From the human T2T-CHM13v2.0 reference genome, Homo sapiens, in NCBI RefSeq assembly GCF_009914755.1, contig NC_060929.1: DNA of 64,000 nt; one strand, given 5' to 3'. The translations under genes were made by a program, and so were the position numbers. Shown here piece after piece: positions 14,740 through 27,952 of the stretch (the stretch's first letter is position 1; every line of letters begins with the position of its first letter). The notes beneath the pieces are model-generated. The model searched no databases. It had not been told where the DNA came from and saw only the letters and a program-made list of their open reading frames with translations.

Positions 14740-14900
14740 GTGATAAACCTGAGCTTGGGATCCCCATTCTGCTGTTTACTATCCATGACAACTTAGGCAA
14801 GTTTCAAAATAACCTTATACATCAATTTCCCGATCTGTAAAATGGGAATAAGAATAACAGTACCTTCACTGAGTTGTGAAGAACAAGTGAGAATACATAC
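14740..14900 (+). mobile_element. MIR SINE
   Basis: TTAGGCAAGTT...ATCTGTAAAATGGGAATAA core. Confidence 0.7.
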
Positions 14901-15714
14901 CAGACTGGTAACTATCCATGGGGCCAGGAGTGGGATGAGGTGGTCTAGGAAGGGGAACATTGGGTAAATTGAGATGGCTCTTCCTCTTTGTTATTAGTTA
15001 AATTTATATAAGAATCTATGTTATTACATATACACTTAGAAATGAATACAATAATATATGAAAAGAATATAAAAGGCTATATAAAAATATCCATGTATAG
15101 CACTCAGCCTGGCACTTGGAGAACAGTCAATAAATGTGATCTCTGTGTAGATAAAAGGGACCTGGAGTTCAGAGAGAGCGCTGGTCTAGAGGTGTGCATT
15201 TAGTAGTTCTTGCCATTCTAATGATAACAAGAGCTGTGGGAGTTGATGAAATCATCTCAAGAGAGAACATTGGGTTAAAGGGGGACAAGGGTTGAATGTT
15301 GAGGAATTTCAACTATTAAAGATCAAGTGGAGAGGAATGAATCAGCAAAGGAATCTTAGAAGGGACAGCCAGCAAGGCAGGAGGAAATCTCTGTCCATGT
15401 ACTCAAGGTACACTTACATTCAGAAGAGGTCAATGGTATGGCATGCTGTCACAAGCTCTAATAAGTGGAAACCTGCGAAGTGTGCTTTGGATAAGCAGAC
15501 TCTTTGGATAATCAGGCAACAAGCTTTTGTTTCAGTTGTCTGGTTCTTTATTTTAAATCAAATCTTGGCTTCTGTCCTGGAAACGGGGCCAGTCAGCTGG
15601 TGTAGGCTGAATTCATATTTCTTACAGATTCTCTGTCTATAGGGAGGGGTGCTTAAAAGTGAGTTTGCTGATGTCGAAGAGGAAAACAAAATGGTACAAA
15701 GAAAAGGAATCTCA

Positions 15715-16024
15715 GTCCAGGCACAGTGGCTTACGCCTGTAATCCCAGCACTTTGGGAGGCTGAAGCGGGAGGATCACTTGCGGTGAGGAGTTCAAGACC
15801 AGCCTGGCCAACATGTTGAAAACTCATCTCTACTAAAAATACAAAAAAATTAGCTGGGCATGGTTGCACGTGCCTGTAATCCCAGCTACTCAAGAGGCTA
15901 AGGCAGGAGAATCACTTGAACCCAGGAGGTGGAGTTTACAGTGAGCCGAGATTGTGCCACTGTATGCTCAGCCTGGACTACAGAAAGAGACTCCATCTCA
16001 AAAAAAAAAAAAAAAAAAAAAAAA
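15715..16024 (+). mobile_element. Alu, full length (AluSz/Jb-like)
   Basis: Alu dimer with GGATCACTTG and a poly(A) tail. TSD not clear. Confidence 0.96.
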
Positions 16025-16599
16025 GATTCTGTTCATTCCATTATTTCTATGCTGGTCAATTTATAACCTTTAATGTTTTTCAACAAAAATAGTTTATTTT
16101 CTCAAATTCTTATTCTATAGACAGCCATCTCTCTAATTTTCTTTCTTTTTAATAAAAATGGGCACATTTCCCCCTTATTGTTGGAAAAAAGATGATTGAC
16201 CTTCATAAAAAAGAGGTGAGTCTTGTTTATAATATTACAACAAAAAGTTATAATAAAGCTAGTTCATTTCAGATAAGTGGAAAACTTCCAAAGGGAGGGA
16301 GGAGTTAAATTCTATGTTCTGTTGTTTAATTCTATACAGTTTTGTTTTAAGAGACTAAAAATGCTAATTTGTATTAGGAAATAAAATAACCCTAAACACA
16401 CCATGGGGAGACTGAGAAATGAAAGACATAAATGGGTGGCAATGAATTCGTAGCTCAAGATGGCATTCTGAATGGCAAGAGTCAGAGCTCCACATTCTGC
16501 TTAGATCCTGAGCCACAGTGGTGGAGGGAATGAGGGTTAAGATGCTTTAAGCAGCCCATCCTACTCTGCTTCAGTTCTGCACATTCAGGGTGCCCGAGA

Positions 16600-16800
16600 G
16601 CACAGGGCTAAAGTCCTGTGTTTTGCACCTTTAACCTCATACTGGTCTGTATTGAATTCCAGGCAAGTTGTTTACTTCTATGAACATCACTTTCCTAATC
16701 TGTGATTTGGTGATAATAGTCTTGCCATCCTCATAGGCTGTTAGGAGGAATGGATAAATTAATTCAGGCATAGCTCTTGGTATATACAAAACTTCCATGT
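16600..16800 (+). mobile_element. MIR SINE, degenerate
   Basis: GGCAAGTTGTTTACTTCT...TTTCCTAATCTGTGA...GATAATAGT core. Confidence 0.6.
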
Positions 16801-16811
16801 AGTGTAGTCCA

Positions 16812-17109
<298 letters not shown>

Positions 17110-20100
17110 GTGTAGTCGATATTCTTAAACATGAGAATTATCTCAGTAGAATGGTTAATTTGCTCATTTTCATCTGTCTTAAATTTATATAAGAAATATC
17201 CTTCTTTTCCCCCTAATCTATTCCCAAATTTTAATATTGGCTTTACAAACATTACAGATATGCCCCTCAATTGACAAAGTTATGCAAAACAAATTTTTTA
17301 TTTTGCTCAAATTTAAGTTGATTTTTATTTTGAGATCTTATTTGTCTAGGGAGGTAGAAATTTAGTCCCGTCGATTTGGGAATCTCTCTTCTCCCTTTTT
17401 CCCCTCCTTTCCCTGGGGTTTTAAGTAAATCTGTCAAGCATCTATAACAGTGAAACTTCGGAAGGAGGGACATTCATCCTTAAATATGCAAGAAGTGGCT
17501 TTTCTAGGTCCATGCTCTGGCCCAGTCCTGGTCATCCATCATCAGTAGTCCCACTGGGAAGTGGTTTTTGTTTGTTTTGTTTTTTTCTGCATGATTTCAT
17601 CATGTCTGATGTCTCCCTAATGGCATAGGTGCCAGCCTGTGGGACCCCTTCCCTAGGTTAGGGAAGCCATGCTTTCTTCCAGCTTCTTCTCATTATTTGG
17701 TTTTACTCTGATCTTCCAGGGTCTCCTAAAATCTTTGGTTTTTATAGTATTAAAATCAAAGACTTGTGTTACTTCTGCTCTCTCACCTGTCACCTTCCTT
17801 CTTTGTAGCAATGTCATGCAAAGCCACTTACATACCTGGTGAGAGAATAGAGAAGGGGACTCCCAGACAGGGAAAGACTGAAGGCCAGTACCTCACACGG
17901 ACTGCCCTGGCCCTTGCATTTACAGATAGGCTGTGGAAGTCCGTGCTGTCAACCGTGGAGCACACAGAGAGGACAGGTAGTAAACGAAATGTTGTACAGA
18001 ATTTATTATGTATACACAGCTCAGCAGAAAGATGTTTTAAAAGTGCAAGTTTTGTTTTTCTTAGAATGGACCCCAACTGTATATACTGACTTAATGAATT
18101 TTAAAATATCCCATAAGTAATACAAGAAGGCTCATTACACAGCCTAGTGAGAGGAATCCTGAAGCTAAAATTGACACACCTATATCAAAGAGACAGATGA
18201 GGCCCAAACATTACAAATGCTTTGGAAAAATACACTCATTTTATTTGGTGTTTGTGCTTTGACTAAACATCTGACTCTGCTTTTTCAGCATTAGAAGACT
18301 TTTTCTTTACTTTTTCTGGACCCAATAATTCTACGAATTTAGCAAGAGAGAAAACAAATGTTTTCCTTCACCCACTATGGTCTGCTCTTATAATGTGGCT
18401 TTCCTGTTTCCTGTTTACTTTTTGCATTAACAGTAATTGGAGGGAAAATAAAATCAAAATTTGGTTTGTATAGGGGACAAAAGGGTTCAGACGCGTTATT
18501 TACCTACTCAACTGAAGCAGACCTTGGTGGCCATCTGGTACGCCATATTTTTGGGTAATTAACATGCATCCACACTTCTATTTTGTTTCCTTTCTGAAGT
18601 GAATCTGAAAATGTGTGCTAACAGACTGTCTGTAACACAAAGGAGCCAATGTTAAAAAATGATTATACTCATCTCCTTTTAAAAAACAATGAAAAAAAAA
18701 AAAACCCCACAAACTTTGTTTTGCCACCAAAGGCAGAAGCTGCCTTCCAAGCTGCCAAAGACTATGGGTCCCAGACGGAATTGCTTGTTCTCTTTAGTCA
18801 CCACATTTGGTGAGCAATGTTGTAGGCCCAGTATTCCCCCTTCCTTTCCATCACACTTGTCATCCAGAGCCTTCGGGGGAACATTTACATGATCAAATGT
18901 TCACACGGCCACAGTGGTGCAGCCCCACTCATGGTTTGAATTGAATCTGGGATTAGTTCTCAGTGCCTAACAGCTTGAGTTTGTTTTTCCAAATGACTTT
19001 ATCATAACTATAAATTCAAGTGAGTCAACTTATTGGATGATGGCTCTGTGTGTCTGTGTGTTGGCAATATATATTCAATTTAATCTATACTGAGAAGAAA
19101 TTATTCTTTCTGGCATAAAGTCTTCCAGGAGAAATCAACAAATAGGTCACATAAACAAGTTTAAACAATTTCTTGCTGGAAGATTTTGCTGTACAATATG
19201 TCAGTGCAGTTGCTTCATCCACAAAATATCTAGATGTATTTTAAGTCAACCTGAACAAATAGATGAGAAAACTCAGGCTGTCGTGGTGAACTTAAGCAAA
19301 AATATTTATGATATAAATAAAAAATTGCAGATGAAAAAAGTGCTTGATGAGTAAAGGTGGGAATTAAATGAAATTGTATTGTAGAACATTAATCTCACAA
19401 TATGAACTTTGAAAACTAAATTGTTGGTTTCTGATACAAAGTGATATTTAATATTTACTTTATTAAAATGTAGAATGGTTAGCTTGTTTTGGTTGAACAC
19501 ATTTTCTGATTTAAGAGCAGTTGTTATTTTATATTTTATGTAGTTATATATAGTAGAAAATATTTTACAGGCATTACTGCACCCCCTTTTACTGATGAGA
19601 AAACTGAGGGTTTAGAAGCATTGCATTACTTGTTCATTTTTACTTGTCTAGTTAGACCTTAAAATAAAACGAAACTTAATTTCATTTAACCCTTCTTCCC
19701 TCTCTTTCTTCCTCCTTGAATTATTTTATGCCTGCCATGATTCTGCTGTTAAGATAGATGCTTGGGATACAAAGACACATAGATAATAAGACCAAAATAG
19801 GGTTCTAATTCAAGAAAGACAAGATAATATACAAGCTATACAGGTGTGGATATGGAGATCCTTGCAAATAGCGTTTGAGTGTGTGTGTGTGTGTGCATGC
19901 ATGGTGTGTTGGTGGGAAGGAATCCAGCGAGTTCTAAAGATCTACAGGAATAGAGAATTCTGCAAGTATTTGCTCCAAGCAAAATGAAACACAACTGTTG
20001 TCTCATTACTCTCCTTTGGTTCCCTTTTATAAATGTATTCAATTCCAATGGCACCAGAGAAAAAGCCATAATTTGGGCTAATGTCTAAAATGACACTTCT

Positions 20101-20602
20101 CTTGTGAGAATTTCAAGCTCGAGATATCTGTGCCACACCCCCACAGAAATGTGAATCTTACACTGTTACACAAAAAATGCCACGGAAGAAAATGTTTAGT
20201 TCATCCAATTACTATTTAAATCCTCAAGAAAGCTATTCTGTTTTCAAAACCGTATGAGGGAAAAATTTTAAAGCCTTTTTCTTACTTAGATGAGGTGATA
20301 CATTTTACTTCTATAATGAACACTTAAAATATAATAAAATTCTTATGGTAATATTTTAAATCTCTCATTCTGATCTGTTCAACCCATTTCATCTTTGCTT
20401 GACCGAATGGAGAAGAAACACAGCTGGTTTTCACACACTCTGTAATGAATGCTTGCTATTCTTATTGAGGTTAAAGTGGCTCAATTGCTTCTAACTTTAT
20501 ACAGTGGCCGTATTTTTTAAGGAGATAGATATGGGTGAGTATGCATTATATTATATATTTATTATTATATGTACTATATATAGTATAGATATATATGTAT
20601 TA

Positions 20603-20643
20603 ACACACACACACACACGCACACACACACACACACACACACC
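20603..20643. repeat. (CA)n microsatellite
   Basis: Read directly, with one CG interruption. Confidence 0.95.
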
Positions 20644-20893
20644 CCTCCACAGCAATGTAGGCTATGCTTTGGTTGATTTTAAAGCATTGCTAATAGAACA
20701 AGTTGGCGTAAGTAATGTTCTGGAAGACAGAAGCTATGGATGAGTAATTCTCAATGCTATATTCATTGGTTTTAAGCCAGCTTTGCCATTAACTATCTGG
20801 ATGATCTTAGGCATATCATAAAGCCTCCTCTGTAAAATGAGGAGCTTAGGTTAGATGAAATCTAAAGATTTTTCCTGAACCAGCAGTCTTTAA

Positions 20894-21108
20894 CAGTGGT
20901 TTCCAAACTGTTCATGTCCTGGAGTTGTAAGGTTTCATAAAGGTGTCATTGAATTGAAGGAAAGAGTGTCCAAATGAGAACTTTGAGTAAGCCTTCCAGA
21001 ACTCTCGTTCCCCCACTTCAAACACAGCAGCAAGGCTTTATGTGTTCTCCAGTTGAGTTTCAGTGTCAGATTCTCATTTCAAAAAACTTTAAAGTTTGCA
21101 AACATCTG
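20894..21108 (+). mobile_element. hAT-Charlie MITE (MER102-like)
   Basis: TIR-like CAGTGGTTTCCAAACT ... AGTTTGCAAACATCTG and internal CCCCACTTCAAACACAGCAGC. Confidence 0.6.
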
Positions 21109-21189
21109 TCTCTGATGAAAGGTAGGATCAGCTAAGTCAGGTACATGTAATATAAACAGGAAAAAGCAATGTTTGTTTATTGAAGTTTA

Positions 21190-22660
21190 AATACTTTTAT
21201 TATAAAACATGACATGCAGAAAATTGCATAAGATTGTAGGTATGTTTTAGCATTTGTCTGTAAAGCAAACGTCCATATAACCCCATCAAGTCATGAAATA
21301 AAACATTGCTGGAACCATAGACTTTCCCTTATATGTCTTACCGCTCTGTCTTCACTACCCACTCATCATAAAGTAATTATGTAATTCTAGTACTCCTTTT
21401 TTTTAAAAACTAATTCTTGCCCTCCTTAAAAAGTACATCAGTTCTGCCTGTTCTTGAACTATATATAGGTAGAATGTTGTTATTAGTATTTTACAACTTG
21501 CCTTTTTCTGGCCACACATTTGTAAATTTATCTATATATCTGTAGTTGATTCAAATCTGTTTCAATATAGAGTCCCATTGTAAGAACATAAAACATATAC
21601 TTGCAATATTGCTATGAACAGTCTTAAGCATAAATCTTGGTATACATAATCAAACATATCTTTTAAGGTATATATGCAAAAGTGGAACTATTGGATCTTA
21701 GTTCCATTTTTTTTTTATTATACTTTAAGTTCTGGGATACATGTGCAGAACGTGTAGGTTTGTTACATAGGTATACATGTGCCATGGTGGTTTGCTGCAC
21801 CCATCAACCCAACATCTACATTAGGTATTTCTCCTAATGCTATCCCTCCCCTAGCCCTCCAGCCCCCAACAGGCCCCGGTGTGTGATGTTCCCCTTCCTG
21901 TGTCCCTGTGTTCTCATTGTTCAACTCAAACTTATGAATGAGAACATGCAGTGTTTGGTTTTCTGTTCTTGTGTTAGTTTGCTGAGAATGATGGTTTCCA
22001 GCTTCATCCATGTCCCTGCAAAGGACATGAAGTCATCCTTTTTTATGGCCACATAGTATTCCATGGTGTATATGTGCCGCATTTTCTTTACCCAGTCTGT
22101 CATTGATGGGCATTTGTGTTGGTTCCAAGTTTTTGCTATTGTGAAGAGTGCTGCCATAGATCATAGTTCAGCATGTATTTTTACCAGACACACAGTTTTC
22201 TAAAGGTGCTGGAACAATTTTCACTCCTACCAGTATAAGAGCTCCTGTTGCTTATATCCTTGCCCACATTAAGTCAGAATTTTATTTTTTCTCAATTGAA
22301 TAGGTATGTAGTGGTATCTTATGATATTAAGTCTTGTTTTTCTAATGACTAGTTTTGTTCAGCACCTCTTTATTTGGTTACCAGCTATTTATATTTCTCC
22401 TTTTGTAAAGTGCCTGTTAAAGACATTTGCTCATTTTTCTATTGAGTTGTTTACTCTCTTCTAATTGAATTACAGGAGTTCCTTATATAGTCTGAAAAAT
22501 AATTATTTTTTTGGTTAATATGTTTAAAATATTTTCAAATAACTCCATTTTTTTACTCTATGTGATGTCTTCCAAATGAACAGAAATTTTAATTTTAATG
22601 TGATTAAATTGATCATTCTTCTACTCTACTAAAATTTGTGTCTCCTTTAAGAATCTTTCT
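21190..22660 (-). mobile_element. Old L1M(E) 3' region
   Basis: T-rich decayed reverse ORF2-end/UTR sequence, split by a younger L1PA. Confidence 0.65.
21707..22158 (-). mobile_element. 5'-truncated L1 (L1PA7-like)
   Basis: Reverse poly(A), 3' UTR and ORF2 end ([21 protein letters not shown]). TSD GATCWTAGTTC at 21694-21704 and 22159-22169. Confidence 0.93.
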
Positions 22661-23124
22661 ATAGATCTACAACAAAGTAGGAATAAAAGGAAAATTTCTC
22701 AACTTGATAAATGATTACTACAAAAACCCCTATCTAACATCACATTTAATGATGAAAGACCGAATGCTTTTTTCCTAAGACCACAAAACAAAGATGTTCA
22801 TTCTTGCCACTTCTATTCACCATTGTACTGGAGGTTCTAGCCAGTGCAATTAGGCAAGAAAAAATGATAAAAGGCATCGAGACAGGAAAGAAACATATAA
22901 AATTATCTCTATTCACAAGTGAGATGATCTTGTATATAGAAAATCCTAAGAAATACACTAAGAAAATTAATGGAACTAATCAATAAGTTCAGCAAAGCTT
23001 TAGGATACAAGATTAATATATAAAACAATTGTTTTTTATATGCACAATGAGCAATATGAGAATAAAATTAAGAAAAAATCCCGTTTACAATAGCACCAAA
23101 AAGAATAAAAAGAATAAAATTCTT

Positions 23125-23519
23125 GAGCATGGACTGTCCTTCCATTTGTTTGTGTTCACTCTTATTTCCTTGAGCAGTGGTTTGTAGTTCTCCTTGAAGA
23201 AGTCCTTCACATCCCTTGTAAGTTGTATTCCTAGGTATTTTATTCTCTTTGAAAAATTTGTGAATGGGAGTTCACTCATGATTTGGCTCTCTGTTTGTCT
23301 GTTATTGGTGTATAGGAATGAGTGTGATTTTTGCACATTGATTTTGTATCCTGAGACTTTGCTGAAGTTGCTTATCAGCTTAAGGAGATTTTGGGTTGAG
23401 ACGATGGTGTTTTCTAGATATACAATCATGTTATCTGCAAACATGGCGCATGTATACATATGTAACAAACCTGCCCATTGTGCACATGTACCCTAGAACT
23501 TAAAGTATAATAAAAAAAT
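23125..23519 (+). mobile_element. 5'-inverted (twin-primed) L1PA insertion
   Basis: Inverted ORF2 RT piece (23124-23443, [11 protein letters not shown]...NKWKDSPCS on the - strand) joined to ~80 bp of sense 3' UTR plus A tail. 16-bp TSD AAAGAATAAAATTCTT at 23109-23124 and 23520-23535. Confidence 0.93.
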
Positions 23520-24213
23520 AAAGAATAAAATTCTTAGGAGTTTTATTAAAATTTTATAAAAGAAGTAAAAGTCTCGTGCAGCTACAAAACTTTATTGAAA
23601 GATATTTAAAAAGACATAAGTAAATAGAAAGATGTTTTATATTCATGGATTTAAAGATTTACTATTGTTAAAATGAAAATATGGCTCAAAATGATCTACA
23701 CATTCAATGCAATTCCTATCAAAATTCAAGTTACCTTTTTAGCAGTAAATGACAAACCAATCCTAAAATTCATATGGAATTTCAAGGGACCCAGAATAGC
23801 TAAAATAATCTGGAAACAGAACATAGAGCCTTACACTTTTTCACTTCAAAACTTACTACAAAGATACAGTAATCGAATGCTATAGTGTGGTAGTGCTATG
23901 AGAATACATATATAGATGAGTGGAATACAATTGAGAATACAGACATAAATTCCTACTTTGATGGTCAATTGATTTTCAACAAGGGTGCCGATATCATTCA
24001 ATGAGGGATAAAACAGTCTTCTCAACAAATGGTGCTGTGAAACTGAATATTGACATTCAAAATAATGAATTTGAAGTTCTATCTCATACCATACACAATG
24101 AACTCAAAATGGATCACAATTTTCAGAGCTAAAACTATAAAACTCTCAAAAATAAACACAGCAGTAAATCTGTGACCTTCAGTTAGACAATAGTTTTTAA
24201 GATACAACACCAA

Positions 24214-24574
<361 letters not shown>

Positions 24575-25549
24575 TTATTAAAAATTAACACTTTTGTTCT
24601 TCAAAGGACATCATTATGAAAATGGAAAGACAATTGACAAAATAGGGGAAAATATTTTTAAATCATGTGTCTGATACAAAACATATATCCAGAATACATA
24701 AGGAACTCTTACAATTCATCAATAAAAACACAACCTAAATTAAAAACCTGGGCAAAGGATTTGAATAGACATTTCTTCAAAGAAAATATACAAATGGTCA
24801 ATAAGCATGTAAAAAGATGCTCAACATCCTTACTTGTTAAAAACAATACAAATCAAAACCACAGTGGGATATCACTTTACAATCACTAACATGGCTAACA
24901 TTTAAAAAGACAAAATAACAAGTGTTGACAAAATCGTGGAGAAAGTGAAACCCTCATATATTGCAGGTAGGAATGTAAAATGGTGTAGCCACTATGGAAC
25001 AACAGTTTGGCAGTTCTTCCAAATGTTAAACATAGAGATATCACATGACACATCAGTTATATTCCTAAGAAATAAAGACACAGGAGAAATAAAAACACAC
25101 ACCCACAAAAAGACTTGTAGATGAACATTCATAGAAACATTATTCATAATACCTGAAAAGTGAAAGCAACTGAAATCGTCAACTGACGGATTAATTTAAA
25201 AATTGTGGTATATCCATATAATGGAATATTATTTAGTCATAAAAAAGAATTATTGATATGTACTACAAATATATGAACCTTGAAAACATTATGCTAAATG
25301 AAAGAATGTAGTCACAAAAGACCAAATACTGTATAATTCCTTTTAAATGAGATTTTCAGAATAGTCAAATTGACAGAGACAAAAAGTAGATTAGTGGGTG
25401 TCAGGGACTGAGAGGAGGAGAGAACAGGGTTGGTGGCTAATGGGTACAGGGTATTTTTTTTTAGTGTGAATTGGAAATATTTTACACTTGGATAGAGCCG
25501 ATAGTTTTATAAGTCTGAGAATATACTAAAAATCACTGACTTGCACCAG

Positions 25550-27090
25550 AATTGCACTGAATTTATAAATCAGTCTGGGGAGAATTGACATCTTTTCAAA
25601 ATCTTACAAATCATGAAGATAATAAATGTCTTGTTCATTAAATTTTAATATTTCCCACTAAAGTGTTATAACTTTTATCTAGAGCTCCTGCACATCTTTG
25701 ATGAGTTTTACTCCTTGGTTCTTGATATTTTGGAGGCTTTGGTAAATAAATTCACTCTTAAAATTTTGTTTTCTAACTGTTACTGGTATACAGAAAAGCA
25801 GTTGATTTTTGTATATTGAATTTTGTATCAGTGACTAAGTTCTCCTATTAATTTTAAGGTTTACATGTAGATGCTTTTGGATTTTCTACATACTTAATCC
25901 TATCATCTGCAAATAGTGACAATTTTTCTTCCTTTCCAATTCTTATATCCTTTTAAAAATTCATAATTCACTTAACATACTCAATGTTGCATAGAAGTGA
26001 TGATAGCAGGAAATCTTGTCTTATATCTAATACCAAAAGAAAAACTTCTAATTTTTATCATGTTATATGATGTTGGCTGTGGAGTTTCTGTAACTACTTT
26101 CATTGGACTAAGCAGACTGGATCATTGTTTCCAATTCTTTATTCCTTCCCTGTGTTAGAATCATACATTCACACATTATGTCATGTAAATGCTTATTGTG
26201 TCTTATTGTTGGTGGAATTTATTTCTCCATTCCTTGATGTTGACCATGTGACCTTTCTTTGGCCTAGGAGATATTAGTGAATATGATGTAAACAAGTATT
26301 TTAAGTGTGGTTGCATGGTTTACTTGTCTTCCTCTTTCATCACTATGAGAAAAAAATATGCTTTGATAGCTGCTTTTTTGAGCAGAATCAGAAAATACAT
26401 AGAACAGAACTAATCACAACATTCAGCCTGAGATAAGCCCAACCAATCACAGCTGAGTCCATCAGAGCCTTACCCTACCCCATGGCTTGTAATCAGTGTT
26501 ATAAGCCACCAAGATTTGGAGATTGGAGTTTGTTTGTTAAACAGTGGTATTATAGTGAAAAACCTCCCTAAGATGCTATCTAGTCCTAGTTTGCTAAGAG
26601 TTTGTATTATAAATGGACTTTGAATTTTATCAAATGCTTTATCTGCATTTATTGAGATAATAATATAAATTTTCCCTCATCCTATTAATGTGGTAATTTA
26701 TCTTGTTTGATTTTTGAATGCTAAACAAACCCTGCATTCCTAGATTTAAACAGACAAAAAGACTTAGTACTGAGGTATTATTCTCTATATTTTGCTGAAT
26801 TCAGCTTGCTTATTTAATTTTTTAGTTTGTGCATCTATGTTTGTGAAAGAAATTGATTCATAAATTTCTTCCATCATATTGTTCTTATCTGATTTTATTA
26901 CCAGTGTTATGCCATTCTTTGGAAGAGTTTGGCCACGACTAGAATGATTTCTTCCTCGAATAACATTTATAACATTCTCCAATGAAGATATGTAAACTTA
27001 GGATTTTCTTTGAGTAAATATTTATAACTAATAATTCATTTAAAAAGTTATAAAGTAATCAAAACTTCTATTTCTTTTTTAGTGAGTTTA
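25550..27090 (-). mobile_element. Old L1M ORF2 fragment
   Basis: Reverse RT-like remnants (TCATCTGCAAATAGTGAC; ATCAAATGCTTTATCTGCAT), split by an MLT1 LTR. Confidence 0.7.
26105..26570 (+). mobile_element. MaLR LTR (MLT1H/I-like)
   Basis: CCATGTGACCTTTCTTTGGCC...TAAGCCACCAAGATTTGG...TTTGTTA motifs. Confidence 0.65.
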
Positions 27091-27624
27091 ATTAGAATTT
27101 GTGTTTGCTTTTGTCAGACACTGTCAATTTTGCTGTAGAACTTGTTCTACCTAAGGTTCTACCATTGGGCTGCCTCAAACCCAGTTCTGGGTCTCCGGAA
27201 TAGGTCTCATGTCATACTCTAGGTCCAGATTCATGCTAGCATTGTTCTGAAGTCACAGCCCCTCAGGGACAGCATTTTTTCTTCCTTTCTTTTTACCTCT
27301 TCAGCATCATGTGTTATCAAGACAGCTCTCTCTGTAGTTCGCCACGGTTGAGAGGAGATGAGTCATGTCTAGGTCCTTAAATCAGAGAGAGTAGGCTCCT
27401 GGGACCCCATCTCAATAGAGAGAAGTTCTCTTACAAGTCTCCCAGCTCTGGACAGAGCCTGGACCTTTGAACTCTCTCTCTCAGATCCCAGCTGGAAACA
27501 GAGTTTAAACAGTAGATTTCCAGGTAAAAGCAGCTTTTGAAACTATGACATCTTCTTTAACCTTCTGCTTATAGATTTTCAACCAAAATTTGGCCCAGGA
27601 GCTACCCTATGTCTTTTTTTGAAG

Positions 27625-27952
27625 ACTTTATTATTTTTTTTTTTTAGAGAAGTTTTAGGTTTACAGCAAAATTGACAGTAAGGTACAGTGACATCTCATT
27701 CCCTGCCTCCACACATGCACGGGCTCCCTTATTATCAACATCCCCTACCAGAGTGGTAGAATTGTTATGATTGATGAACCTGCATTGATAAAGCATTATC
27801 AACCCAAGTCCACAGTTTACATTAGGGCTCACTCTTAATATTGTCTATTCTGTGGGTTGGGACAAATTTATGACATGTATCCACCATTATCATAATCATA
27901 CGAAGTATTTTCACTGCCCTAAAAATCTTCTGTGCCCTTTTTATCCTCCCTT
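27625..27952 (-). mobile_element. L1MC-like 3' UTR fragment
   Basis: TTTTAGGTTTACAGCAAAATTG...TTTACATTAGGGCTCACTCTT...TTTCACTGCCCTAAAAAT; reverse of the UTR type seen at 8850-9130. Confidence 0.8.

Noticed and set aside
17766-18120. Three overlapping ORFs and a possible 54-nt micro-exon (17892-17945, - strand)
   Set aside because: No recognisable protein in any frame and only moderate splice sites. Kept only as part of the low-confidence repeat-free block.
27100-27620. GC-richer unassigned segment between L1 fragments
   Set aside because: Probably a decayed L1/HAL1 5' region, but I cannot support a specific call.
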